A stretch of 64,000 bases of DNA from Mobula birostris (taxonomy: Eukaryota), in assembly GCF_030028105.1 (NCBI RefSeq), contig NC_092370.1, forward strand, positions 113,908,793-113,972,792, read 5' to 3'. The translations under genes and the position numbers were made by a program. This document shows, in pieces, positions 1 to 10,399 of the stretch (within the stretch, counting starts at the first letter, position 1; each line of letters starts with the position of its first letter). The notes under the pieces were generated by a model, which was given only the letters and a program-made list of their open reading frames with translations, searched no databases and had not been told where the DNA came from.

Positions 1-2900
1 AGGTCATTGGTTAGCACTACTTAGTGAAACAGACAGGAGGACCAGAGACAAGAACAAGACTCTTGGATGGTATATTGCCTCCCAGATACAGAGGATCAGA
101 GATATCTTGAATTGAGTCCATAGCCATCTTAAGGGGGAGGGTGAGAAGCGATATGTCATGGTAAATAATGATACCAATGATATAAGCAGGAAAAGGGATG
201 AGGACTTGCAAAATGAGTTCAGGGAATAAGGTACAAAGTTAAAAGAGAGGACCTCCAAGATGGAGATCACACGAAGCTATCCATTGTAGTGAGGTAAAAA
301 AAAATAAGGAAGACTGTGCAGTTTAACATATGACTAAGCAGATGGTGCATGGGAGAGGGCTTCTGAGTTTTTGGATCACTGAGCTCCATTCCAGGGCTGG
401 TGGGATCTCTGTAAATAGGACAGTTTCACTCAATCTGGAGAGGAACCAATAGCTTTACAGGAAGGTTTGCTAATCCTGCTCGGAAGTGTTCAAACTGATG
501 TTTAAGAGGGATGGTATCCAGAGTGGCAGGACAGCAATGAAGTAGTTGTGGAAAAAAAAATGTCATGACTACAATCAAAGATTTTGTGGATGTTGCTTTT
601 GATTTCCAGCATATTTTGTATTTCTCGTTTTTAAGCAGAGATGCAAATTGAAAGATTCAGCAGGGTGGATAAATGTTCTGAGTTGCCTCTATTGCAAGAT
701 AAGGACGGTTGTGGGTAAGGCTGATGCACATAGAGCATGGATCCATGTGTGGACTTACGATGTTGAAACCATTATTGAGACATGGTTACAGGAGTGTGAG
801 GACTGACAGCCCATTGTTCTGGCATTCCGCTGATTTAGACATGTCAGAGAAGGAGGTATTAAAGGGAGAGGGATTACTCTTCCATAACTGTTATAATGTC
901 ATTGCAATGCTCAGATGATATACAGAAGGCTCATCTGCCAAGGCAACTTTCATGAATCTGTGGACTATACAATGGATGACCATGTTAATGGGACTTTATA
1001 GAGTTTATAATAGTCAGCAGGATTTGGACAGACAAATTGATAGGAAGATAGCAGACAGTTGCAAGAAATATAAGGTTGTTACAATAACACATACAAGATG
1101 CAAGAGTAACTCAGCAGGGAAGGCAGCAACTGCAAAAGGAATAAACAGTCAATTTTTTTGGCTGCGACTCTTCATCAGGATTCATGAAGGGTCCTGATGA
1201 AGAGTCTTGGTCTGAAGCATTGACGCTTTATTCCATTTCATGGGAAAACCTGACCTCATGAGTTCCTCCAGGATTTTTGATGTGTTACTCTGGATTTCCA
1301 GCATCTGAAGAATCTCTAGTGTTTAGGTTGAGATAGTGGGTGATTTTCACTTTCTGCGTATTGATTGGGACTCCCATATTGCAAAAGAAGTGGATGAGAT
1401 GGAGTTTGTCAAATATGTTCAGGAAAGTTTCATTATCAACATGCAGAATTCCCAACAAAAGAGAGCAGAATTATGGCTCTCTTCTCCGGAAATGAGACAG
1501 GGCAGGTGACAGAAGTGAATATAGGGAAACACTTTGGATATAGTGATCATAATTCCATAGACTTCAAAATAATTAGGGAGTTTCTATAGGATTGGTTTTC
1601 AGATTAAGATTCCAAAATGGAGGAAGAGAAATTATGCTGGCATCAGAAGCAATCTGCCAGGTGTGGATTGGGATAGACTGTTTTCTAACAAAGAGACACT
1701 GGCAGGTGTTGGTCTTCAACATAATTGAGTATTGAGAGTATACAATATGTATATTTCTATTAGGATAAAAAGCAAGGTTGGCACCTTGAGGGAACCTTGT
1801 TTATAATGGGATATTGAACACCTTGTAATCAAAAAAGAAGCACATATCAGGTATTGGCAGGTAGTGTTAAATGGGGCACTTGAGGAATATAAGACATACA
1901 AGAAAACACACGCGGAAGATCAGGAAGGCTGAAAAGGGATACATGGTTAATCTAGCATACCAGTTAAACCAGAATCCAAGGGTTCTACAAATATTGTGAG
2001 CAAGGGGATAGCAGGGGACAAAATTGGTCCCCTTGAAGATCAAGTTGTTCATATATGCATGAAGTTGAAAGAGATGCAGAAAAATGTTAGATGTTTTATT
2101 TTTGTGTTTGCATTTACTCAGGAGACAGACACAGATACCATAGAATCTGGCAAAACACTAGATGTCATGGACCATGTTCTGACTACCGAAGAGGAAGTGC
2201 TTGCTATCTTGAGAAGAATTTAGGGGGAATAAGTCCCAAAGGCCTGACGAGGTGTCCTCTCCAACCTTGTGGGAGGCCAGTGCAGAGATTACAGGGGCCC
2301 TGGCAGTAATATTTAAAACATCTTTACCCATGGGTGAGGTACTGGAGGACTGGAGGGTCCCTAACATTTAAGAATGGTTCTAAGAATAAACAGGAAATTA
2401 GAGCCTGGTGAACCTGACATTAGTTGTGGGTAAATTATCGGAAGCTTTTCTCATGGATAGGATGTACATGTACCAGTGTTTGGATAGACAGGGCCTGAAA
2501 AGAGATAAGCAATATGACTTAATGCATGGTAAGTCATGTCTAACTAATTTACAGAGTTTTTTTTTAACGAGGTTAATAAGAAGTTTGTTGAAGGGAATAC
2601 AATGGTCTTTAGAAAAGCCTTTGATAAATTACAACATGGCAGATTCGTCAAGAGGATTAAGTCGCCAGGCATTCAGGATTTAGTAGTCAATTAGATTGAA
2701 TGTTGGCTTAGTGGAAGAAGCCAGAGAATGGGGGTTAGTGTTTGACTCTCTGCCTGGAGGCCTATGACTAGTGCTGTGCTGCAGGAATCGGTGTTTGATC
2801 CATTGTTGTTGGTCACTTATACTAATAATTTAAATGACAATATATTAAACTGGATCAGCAAATTTGCAGATGATACCAAGCCTAAGGGTATAGTGAACAT
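1..2900 (+). mobile_element. Decayed CR1 LINE (ORF1 esterase, APE, RT fragments), unit copy A
   Basis: Fragments such as GLKRDKQYDLMHGKSCLTNL and KFADDTK (aaatttgcagatgatacc); many stops and frameshifts. Confidence 0.8.
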
Positions 2901-2974
2901 TGTGCTGTATATATTCGCATCCAAATCATTTACAGAATAATTAATGACAGAGGTCCCAACACTGACCCCTGGGT

Positions 2975-4810
2975 AAACTGAAATTTATTAGGAACTGTCC
3001 AAAATAAAAGGAAATTAATAAATGCGAAGCCAACAGGGCTACAAACTAAAATTCAAACTAAAAATCTAATGCTGACACTGACCTTCAGAAGCAGTAAATT
3101 AATAGTAACTTAGTATCAGTCCTTTAAGGCATCAATCTAAATTGGAGTCTTCAATCTTGGAAAGTGAGGTATGGTAATCGGGGGAGTGTCGCCGTCGTTG
3201 TGCTTCAGTCAAGTCTCGAAAAGACTGAAGGGAGTTAAATAAAACTACAATGCAACCCTAATTCGCTGCAATGTGCATTCTCACGAGCTGATTGCTGATG
3301 ACCGCTTTCAGCTGCCCTCTCCACAGCAGTGTTCATGCTTTTACAGATCACCACCCTCACCACTCCCACCCCCACCCCGCCATGAGGCAAAGCATCAGAG
3401 GCACTAGAGACTTGTGCCCGCTGGAGGTCCAGGATGAGTGACTTGTCCAGGATGGCACAAATTGGAACCCAAGAAAAATTCTCTGGGCCCAATCTCCCCC
3501 AGTCCACTAAGTGCTGGACCCTGCCCCACATTTGGCGAGATGCCAGGAGGTGCTGCACGGAATAGAACAGTGACCCATCCACCAACATGAGGGGGGAGAG
3601 AGTCTAACTGGAGCAAGATGGGAGGAAGTCTCCACTGTGAGCTGCAAACATGGAATACTAGGTAAATCTTAACAGATGATTGCTGGCACAGTCTCTAGGA
3701 AGATCGATTGATAGCCTTCCCCACTGTGAATAGTCCCACCTAGCGTGAGGCAACGTTGCGGCTCCCAACTTTCAAAGGAAGATCTGTAGATACCAGCCAG
3801 GCCTTCTCTCTGGATTGAGAAGCTTCACATCTCAGAGGAGCTGATCACCCTGCTGGGCATATAGTCTCTGAGTGTGCAGCCGGGAAGCCCTGGCCTATCT
3901 CCATGTGTGCTTGCAGCTTTGCACAAACGTTCAACAGCAGGAACTCCCATGTCAATCACGGTCTGGGAAGATCAGTGGCTGGAATCCATTTTGCCATTCA
4001 GAGGAGGGCATGCTAGTCCAGCTTATTTTGAGCAATCTCAGAGTTGGGAGCTCCAGGTCATGGAGTTGGAGGAGACAAGGCCGTGCAGGATTGTCTCCAG
4101 CTCCTCATTTACTCTCTCAGTCTGGCCATCAGATTGCGGGTGGAAAAGTGATGAGAGGCTGGCTGTGGCTCCCAAAGGAGAACAGAAAGCATTCCAACAA
4201 TGCGACATGAACTGTGATCCTCTGTCAGACCTGCTGTCCTGGGGGAAGCTGTGCAGCCTGAACACAAGCTGAACCAAGAAAGTGGCAGTTTCATGAGACA
4301 ATGGGAGCTTGGGGAGAGCAATAAAGTGGGCTGCTTTAGAGAACTGGTCCACAACCACCAGGATGATAGTGTTTCCATCTGACGGACACAGACCAGTGAT
4401 GAAATCCACTGAGAGTTTGGACCTGCGGCAGAGAGGGACAGGCAATGGGTAAAGCAAACCAGCAGGAAGCGGATGTGACGTCTTGTTCTGGGCACAAATG
4501 GGACAGGCTGAGACAAAGTCGTGGTCATGTTAGGATATAGACTGCCATGTAAATCATCTCTTGATGAATTCCAGGGTCTGTTGAATCCCTGGATGACCAA
4601 CCAGATGGGAAGAGGGACCCCAGGCCAACATTTAGGAACACACAGAGGCATGGACAGACAGCCGGTTAGGAACTTCTCCTCTGGACCTGGATCTGACTGT
4701 TCGGCAGTCCTCACCTGTTTCTATTCCCCAAATGACTGGAACAGCTATGCTTGTGCGAGGAAAGATATAATCTAGACTGGCGTTGACCTCGGAGTGATCA
4801 AACTGACAGG
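2975..4810 (-). mobile_element. Truncated paralogous copy of the same chromovirus (3' LTR, chromodomain, integrase)
   Basis: Chromodomain VQHLLASR..HLVDWGRLGPENFSWVP..ILDKSLI (3235-3588). Integrase core [36 protein letters not shown] (4038-4457). Confidence 0.88.
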
Positions 4811-4829
4811 AGAGAGCATCGGCCTTAGT

Positions 4830-5740
4830 ATCATCTGCCTAAACTTCCTCACAGTCTCGCTACACGCTGCATCGACTGCCCTATCCTCAGCATCATCATT
4901 CCTTTCCCATCCCCTGCTAACTTAGTTTAAACCTTCTCCAACAGCTCTAGGAAACCTAATCGCAAAGATATTGATCCTCCTCGGGTTCAGGTTTAACCGA
5001 TCTTTTTTTGTACAAGGCATAACTTCCCTAGGTGAGATCCCAATGATCCAACAATCTGAAACCCTGCCCCCTACACCAGATCCTCAAACACTCATTCATC
5101 CTATTTCCGCCCTAACTAGCACGCGGAACTGGGAGTAATCCAGAGATTACACATGCTCTGTGGCCTCTACCGTCACTCCCTATACTTACTGTACAAAATC
5201 TCCTCCGTTTTTACCTGGTGTCATTGGTGTCAACGTACACCACGGCCTTTGTCTGGTTACCCAACCTCTTCTGCAGCTGTTCTGAGACCTCCTTAATCCA
5301 TGCACCTGGGAGGCAGAACACGATTCCGCTTCTTTGTCACGGCCACCAAATCTCTTGTCCAGTTCCTAATTACTGAATCTCCTATCACTATCTCTCTACC
5401 TGATTTTACCTCTGGCAACCGTCCATAGATTTAAAACAATTCTAAGGGCGATTGAGCTCGACAGCACAGAATCAGGCTCTTCAGCCTAACTCGTCTTTAC
5501 CGAGCACTTTACCCACGTAAACCAATCCCGTTTACCTGCATTTCACCTGTTTTACTCTGAATCTTTCTTATCCATGTAGATTCTCAAATGACTTTTAAAT
5601 CTCTCGATGGTTCCTGCCTCTATTTCTTCCTCTGGCAGCTTGTTGCCTGAGCCGACCGCCTTTTCCCTGAAGAACCTACCACACAGGTCTCTTACAGATC
5701 TTTCCCCTCTCACTTTAAATCTATCATCTCTAGTTTGGGC
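4830..5740 (-). mobile_element. CR1 fragments (ORF1 esterase region and 3' end), paralogous to 13900-14480 and 17035-17270
   Basis: VIGDS motif on the minus strand; direct alignment between copies. Confidence 0.7.
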
Positions 5741-5941
5741 TTTCGTACGCTGCGGAAATATTCTCCCAATTCACTGTTCTCGAGCGGCGGGTGTAAATGA
5801 ATAGACTGTTGATGAGGCTGATCGGGTAACTTTCGTGGAATGGATAGAGTTCTTTATGCGAAGAAAGGTGATGGCATTTATGGCATAAACTGCGATATCT
5901 CTGAGTCGGAAATGATTCGTGTCACCTCTACGCTGTGGAAG

Positions 5942-5980
5942 AGTTTTTGTCAGCGGCGCCAGTTGCAGTTTAACTCTGTA
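5942..5980 (-). promoter_or_regulatory. Defective 23-RSS of V1: TACAGAG + 23 bp + ACAAAAACT
   Basis: Heptamer position 5974-5980, spacer 5951-5973, nonamer 5942-5950. Spacer differs from V2's at only 2 positions. Confidence 0.9.
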
Positions 5981-6394
5981 GGCACAGTAATAGGTGCCGG
6001 AATCCTCTTTCTCGAGACGGGTCACAATTAGAATGTAATGCTTTTCTCCAACATCTCTCGCTTTAAATTTGGTATCAATTCCATCGTCGTGTACGTTGCC
6101 CCCTTTGCGGTAATATAGGATCCAGACCGGGCGTTGCCCATCTGGCTGCCGGTACCAGTGGATTACGTCCGTGTTCGCTGTGCCCAGATCGCAGATCATG
6201 TCGGCACGTTTGCCCACATTTTCGGTGATGGACATCGGAGACTGTATCAATTTATCACCGAGACATCTGCCTGTGGAAACAGAAATCAAAGTCATAACAT
6301 GTTTCAAAGACTGAAACAAACACAGAGTAAACGGATGAAAATCAATCAACTAACGGAGGAAAAGTATCACAAAAGCCACGCAACCCAGCCGCAT
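5978..6394 (-). pseudogene. TRGV: TCR-gamma-type V segment V1 (family A): open frame, non-functional RSS. Leader exon 6355-6394, intron 6271-6354, V exon ~5978-6270
   Basis: Leader MRLGCVAFVILFL with phase-1 GT donor (gttagt); acceptor ttccacag. V domain has C23, IHWYRQ and EDSGTYYCAY. Versus V2 it lacks 10 nt (TTGGGACCCA) at the 3' end. TRG assignment rests on the 23-RSS, the YYCAY(W) ending and resemblance to shark Vgamma, from memory rather than a search. Confidence 0.88.
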
Positions 6395-6540
6395 GGTGTT
6401 TGTCGAGTTGTGACTGTATTTGACACGGATTTAGACGTGGCCTGTCTAGTTATAATTAACAGCACGCTTCACGTCCCACTTTCTCTCAACGTGTCACAGA
6501 CCACGCCTTCCAACCCTATTTGAATACAACACTATTATTT
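6395..6540 (-). promoter_or_regulatory. Putative family-A V promoter (copy at 17926-18070) with a TATA-like element ~55 nt upstream of the ATG
   Basis: Near-identical upstream blocks in V1 and V2. TTATAA at 6450-6455; TTATTTATAA at 17981-17990. Confidence 0.4.
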
Positions 6541-6899
6541 CCTCTGCATAAAATGAGTTTTTGTTTGAATTGCACAGCAGTTCATTAGACGATATTTTTG
6601 GGGGTTCGAACTTGCTCCGCTAAACATGAAGAAATCCATCACGATACCAGGCCTTTCGGGGCCAACAAGTCCGGGCCATCCAATTCCATCAATGTGATCA
6701 ATTAACCTACTAACCAGTAAACAGGAGAAATTTTGCAGATGCTGAAGGACTTCTCACGCTGACACTCTCCCCTTCCTTTCCGGTCATGAAAAATAGTTTC
6801 GGTCCTAAACGATGTCCATTTACTCTTTTCCGTAAATGTTGCTTGGCCTGCTGGGTTCCTCCAGCATTCTGTGTACCTTGATTTGGGCGCCTACTAATC

Positions 6900-7025
6900 C
6901 TTACGTCTTTTGAACGTGGGAGGAAACCGGAGCAGCCGGAGGGAACCCACGCGGTCACAGGAAGAACGTACAAATTCCTTTCAGGGCAACAGCGGAATTG
7001 AACCTGGGTCGCTGGCCTTATAATA
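6900..7025 (-). mobile_element. V-SINE/HE1-type SINE fragment
   Basis: Reverse complement contains the B-box GGTTCAATTCC and the V-core gtgaccgcgtgggttcc..ccggtttcctcccac. Confidence 0.7.
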
Positions 7026-7440
7026 GTCATCTCCTTCCAGTTGCCTGAAATATTTATCCTCCCTTTATCGATGTTTTGTGACATTCCCGAAATTTCCCGA
7101 CGAACACCACAGTTGGGGCAAGTGGCTTCAGAGCGGCGGACGGGGGGAGGTGGGTTGGGGTGTTGCTCGGCGACTTCAGACGTCAGGAGCAGATGGAGAT
7201 AATTCTCACAGACACCCCCGGTTTCTCCATCTTGGCCTTCACTTTGCCTAATCTTTTGTCTCCGGAGTCTGTGACAGAGCAAGGCGAGCGATATCCTCCA
7301 CACACGCGCTCTTAAAGTGCCGACCCTGGACCTGTCTCGCATCCGCCCCCGTCGCCGCGACTGAATTCCGTGTACGTTCCGTTGGGTGGGATGTTTGATG
7401 AACTGATTGCCATCTGTGCCATGTCTGTGATTCTATTAAT

Positions 7441-10015
7441 CTTCTTCTTCTATTTCCGGCAGTTTAGACGCACCTAGGCGTATTACAGCCCTCCGCATGA
7501 TGTATAATTAACTAGAGAACTTCAAGGAACTCAAATTCTCCAATATAACCTAGTCTCACGTGTAAACTGAATAATAAACTCTTCAATAAGATGTTGGTTC
7601 TCTTGATGGCCAAACAAAGATTTAATAGAAAACCAAAATACTGTACATTTAAGCCAGACAGCCTCTTGAACAACATGCTTCTTTCAATTTTGCTGAGCTG
7701 TCTCTGGACTACCACGGTCACATAATCCTGTAGGATGTTTTCCTGTTATCCTTATATAATAGTTTAGCCCACAATGCCCCAACCTAAGTCTTGTAAATTT
7801 CACCATATCTCTACGATTTAAAAGGTAACAGTCTGAGACCTTTTTAGCTAGTGGGTGACTAGAAAAATAATGCCTGCCCTTAAACTCATTCTGCCACTTC
7901 TTCTCTATACTTTTTTTTAATCCTACTTCTCAATTCTGCTCTGCCTGGAGGATCTCTAATTTCTACTTGTCTGCTCTGGAAAGGAAGACTTTGCAATAAC
8001 ATCCACAATTTCATTTTCCTCCACCCCAGCATGCCCAGGTATCCATGAAAATCTAACTGTACAACCCATCTTTCCTACTCTAAACAACACTAAGTGAATC
8101 TCAATAACGATGTCAGGACGAGCTTTTGATTTATTCTCTTTTATAGCCTCTAAGGCAGCAGCAGCATCCGAACAGATGATAACCCTACATGGTCGAGAGT
8201 CTTCTACCCACCATAAGGCCCAGAGGATTGCTAATAATTCTGTTGCAAAGACAGAAACACCATCCGAAAACCGGTGACCAATCTTAACTCCAAGTTTAGA
8301 CACATACATCCTAAATCCTGCCCTACTGCTCTCTGGGTCCACTGAGCCATCAGTAAAAATCTATAGATAAGATCCCCATTTATTATTTAAATATTCATTT
8401 GTGATCAACGCTGATGAAATCGCTCTGCTTCCTTGAAGGTGAAAAAGGAGGAATAGATCTACTTCTGGTTCCAGCAAGAGCCAAAAAGGGACGGGTGACA
8501 AGCAAATTTGGTCAACTATGTCTTCAATTTCACAGCCCAGTTATTAACCAAATCTAAAAATGGATACCTTTCCATTTTACTTTGGCGCTCCGACTTCCCT
8601 TGCAAAAGACACTTTGGCGGACAGCTGTGATTGAATCCATCTAGTTTTGCCCAATACTGCAGGCCCAACTGAACTCGTCTTAAATGTGGAGGCACTTCTC
8701 CCATCTCCACACATAATGCCGGGACTGATGTTGTTCTAAAGGCTCCACAACAGAGTCTAAGTGCTTTGGACTGCACAGTGTCTAGTTTTCCAAGCACTGT
8801 CGTAGCAGCAGAATCATAAGCAATATAACCATAATCTATAACTGATCTAATCATAGCTAGACATATTAAGTACATAGTTTCCCGCCTTGCTCCCCAGTCG
8901 CATCCAGAAACACTTCTCATAATATTAAAAACCTTCTCACACTTTCCAATTGTTTTATCTATATGAACCCTCCAAGTAAGTCTTTCATCAAAGTAGACAC
9001 CTAAAAATTTGAATACCTTCACATTTTCTAGTGGAGAATCATATAGACACAATGCACAAGCAGGAATCTTTCTTCTAAAGCCAAAAATCATATATTTGGA
9101 CTTAGAAGCAGAAATCCTGAAACCCCATTTATTAGCCCAGTTTTCAACTGATCTTAAAGCCTTTTGTACCTGCCTTAATATATACTTGATGTTTCTTCCA
9201 CTTTTCCAGATTGCACCATCGTCTGCAAACAATGATTTGCCAAATCCTGTCCCTACCTGATCAAAGACATTATTTATCATGACATTAAAAAGAACTGGAC
9301 TAATGACACTTCCTTGAGGGGTACTAATACTTATTTTAACTGAATTGGAGCTTGTTCTGCCTATTCTTACTTGAATTGTCCTTTCCTTAAGGAAATCTTT
9401 GATCCAACTAAACATTCTACTTCTAATTCCCGCATCATAGAGTTTAATTCATAAGCCATCCTTCCACAGTGAGTCATATGTTCTTTCAATATCTAGAATT
9501 ACACTTACCATTACTTCTCTACTTTGAAATGCTTTTTTAATATCACGATCTAAAAGGGCAACAGATTGCATTGTTGATCTTCCAGTTCTAAAACCATTTT
9601 GATAGGCAGCAAAATGTCCCTTATTTTCTAAAAAATAAACAAGTCTGTTGGTGACCATTGGTTCCATAATTTTACAAAGCACTGACGTTAAAGCTCTAGG
9701 CCGATACGAACTACAACTGGACACATCCTTATTTGGCTTTAAAACTGGAACTACTTACCTCTCCAGAAATGTGTAACGCTTGGAACACTTCTACAAACAT
9801 ATCAGCCTTTTCCTTATTGGTTACAGCTTCATACCTCCTTCCAGCAAAGCTGGGGTAGATGGTTTCCTATTTATCCCTGACATTCTGTGAATAATCATCC
9901 ATAGCTGCTTTATGGGTGTCTCAGGGCTCAGGGTTCCACAAAATCTTCTCCAACTATCCCTCTTTGCATTTTTAATTACTCTCCTTGCTATTTTAAGCAT
10001 TTTAAGCATTTTATG
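7441..10015 (-). mobile_element. 5'-truncated I-group (Nimb/I-like) LINE with RT and RNase H; (GAA)n 3' tail
   Basis: SYRPRALTS..CK..YQNGFR.GRST (9449-9724); RT PQGSVISP..LFADDGAIW (8516-9415); RNase H FTDGS..TELLAI..CSD..WIPGHAGV..NE.VD (7956-8360); tail cttcttcttc at 7441-7450. Confidence 0.85.
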
Positions 10016-10399
10016 TTTTTATTTCATAGAATCATTGAGAAACAGAGCGTGGATCTAGGCCCTTTGGCCCCAATTGTCTATGCTGGCCACAGCATCCTCC
10101 CTGCTAGTTCCAGCTGGTGCATTTGAGTCAGAGTCCTTCAAGCCCTTTCCTTTCATTTACCTATGCAAATACATCGTAAATATTACAAATGCACCATCTC
10201 AACCACTTCCTCAGGCAGCTCACTATTCTTTGCATAAAGAAATTATCCTTTAGGTCTCTTTTAAATCTCTTCCCTGTTATCTTGTCTCAGTGTCCTCTAG
10301 GCTTTGTCTCTCCAATCCTGGGGAAGAGGCTATGACACCTCTATACCCCTCATGATTTTATAAACTTCTACAAGTTTAAGTTCTTCTAACTTATTTCTT

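Noticed and set aside
5771-5977. C-terminal extension of the 192-aa ORF as a real protein tail
   Set aside because: It is read-through across the broken RSS into 3' flank; V2's paralogous frame stops at 17491.
6134-6523. Plus-strand ORFs 6134-6523 and 17575-18054 conserved between copies
   Set aside because: Antisense shadows of the duplicated V genes; no recognisable domain.
6710-7342. 210-aa minus-strand ORF upstream of V1
   Set aside because: It crosses SINE and PLE fragments present only in copy A; chance ORF in GC-rich repeat.
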